This document shows, piece by piece, positions 62,732 through 64,000 of a stretch of 64,000 nt of DNA (position 1 is the stretch's first letter; each line of letters starts with the position of its first letter). The stretch spans positions 40,486,001 through 40,550,000 of the forward strand of contig NC_043007.1 of NCBI RefSeq assembly GCF_006345805.1. The letters are read 5' to 3'. The DNA comes from Octopus sinensis (Eukaryota). The notes under the pieces are model-generated. The model worked only from the letters and a program-made list of their open reading frames with translations, searched no databases and was not told where the DNA came from. The position numbers and the translations under genes were made by a program.

Positions 62732-64000
62732 ATGAAAAGGCTAGAGCTGGAAAAACTTCATCTGCAGACCGACATGAAAACCTCCTTTGAAAATCAAAGA
62801 GCTGTGGAGGAAACAGTGGGTAATCAAAAACATCAAACAGAACCCAAAAGTGTTCTATTCTTATACAAATAAGCATAGAACCACTGTCTCACCCATTGGG
62901 CCATTGATTGATGATAACGGCATTCTCTAACACGATGCTAAAGAAATGGCAGTAATACTGCAGAAACAATACTGCTCTGTCTTTAGTGTTCCCACTGATA
63001 TTGACGTAAGAGAAGCGAACGAAGTTGACTCCCAACATAAAATCTCAGACATAACCTTCACTGCCACTGACATCATAGCAGCAATAAATGAGGTCAAATA
63101 CTACTCTGCTGTAGGCCCTGATAGATTCCCCGCTAGTCTCCTGAAGGAATGTAGACACCAACTTGCAGTCCTCTGACCAACCTCTGAAGAAATTCGTTAG
63201 ATGCAGGTTATATACCGAAACAGTTTCTATCCCAGTCAGTCATCCCGGTTTTCAAACAGGGAAACAGATCCCTCGCAGTCAACTATCGCCCAATCTCACT
63301 CACCTCTCACATCATTAAAGTGTTTGAAAGAGTGTTAAGATCAAGGATAGCTGACTTCCTGGAGACCCACAAACTCCTAAATGCAAATCAGCATGGCTTT
63401 CGCTGTGACAGGGACTGTCTAACACAGCTCTTACACCACATTGAAGATATACTCAAAGCCTTGGGAATAGGTTCGAACTCTGATGTCATATATCTTGACT
63501 TCAGTAAAGCATTCGACAGGGTAGACCATAATATCCTACTCTCAAAATTGGCAAATGTTGGAATCCGTGGAAAAGTTCTACACTGGATTAAGTATTTCCT
63601 GGCGAATAGAACACAACATGTTGTAGTTGATGGAGTCCATTCAAGCCCAGCAAAAGTCACCAGCGGTGTCCCCCAGGGGACTGTCTTGGGCCCGCTACTC
63701 TTCATAATTTACATAAACGACCTTTCCAGTGTCGTACATTACTGCAAAGTGAAAATATTTGCTGATGACACTAGCTCCAGCAAATCGTCAATGAAGAAGC
63801 AGACCGAACTCAACTCCAGTCTGATCTATATGCTGTGAGTCAATTGGCAGACAGAAACAAAATGCAACTGAACGAGGGAAAATTTGAGCTGATGCATTTT
63901 GGAAGAAATTCCTCACTAAAACAGCCATACTCTCTTCCTTCAGGGGAACCGCTCACAGCCTCTAACAATATCAGAGACCTGGGTGTAATTCTTGATGACG
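62730..64000 (+). mobile_element. CR1/L2-like LINE RT region, runs off the window
   Basis: NYRPISLTS, QHGFR, YLDFSKAFDRVDH, GVPQGTVLGPLLF, FADD; frameshifts present. Confidence 0.9.

Overview
AT-rich, microsatellite-dense animal genomic DNA. The SINE, LINE and microsatellite landscape looks like an octopus/cephalopod genome (inference). Host genes: (A) a complete 10-exon SLC22-family (MFS) organic-ion transporter on the minus strand (30196->5413). All introns are GT-AG, exon phases are compatible, and the protein is 565 aa. (B) a divergently oriented paralogue on the plus strand (42541->49109). It keeps only exons 1, 2, 3, 8 and 9, and exon 9 has a 1-nt frameshift, so it is a probable pseudogene or an assembly defect. 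The rest is mobile DNA: four tRNA-headed SINE families, three mariner relics, a TTAGGG-carrying MITE with 8-bp TSDs (3 copies), Helitrons, and RTE, CR1-like, Tx1/L1, R4/Dong-like and Penelope-like (PLE) retroelements. The most notable signal is at least seven minimal type-I hammerhead ribozyme folds plus two more decayed ones, read by hand from unrelated sequence contexts. Most have a very short palindromic stem III. They sit in PLE 3' ends and in small non-coding, terminally redundant 350-540 bp units embedded in (TA)n. One unit (57216-57887) carries an inverted copy of its own end-to-start junction, consistent with a circular or multimeric RNA template. These look like several families of retrozyme-like elements. 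All folds and alignments were done by eye; no database search was run.
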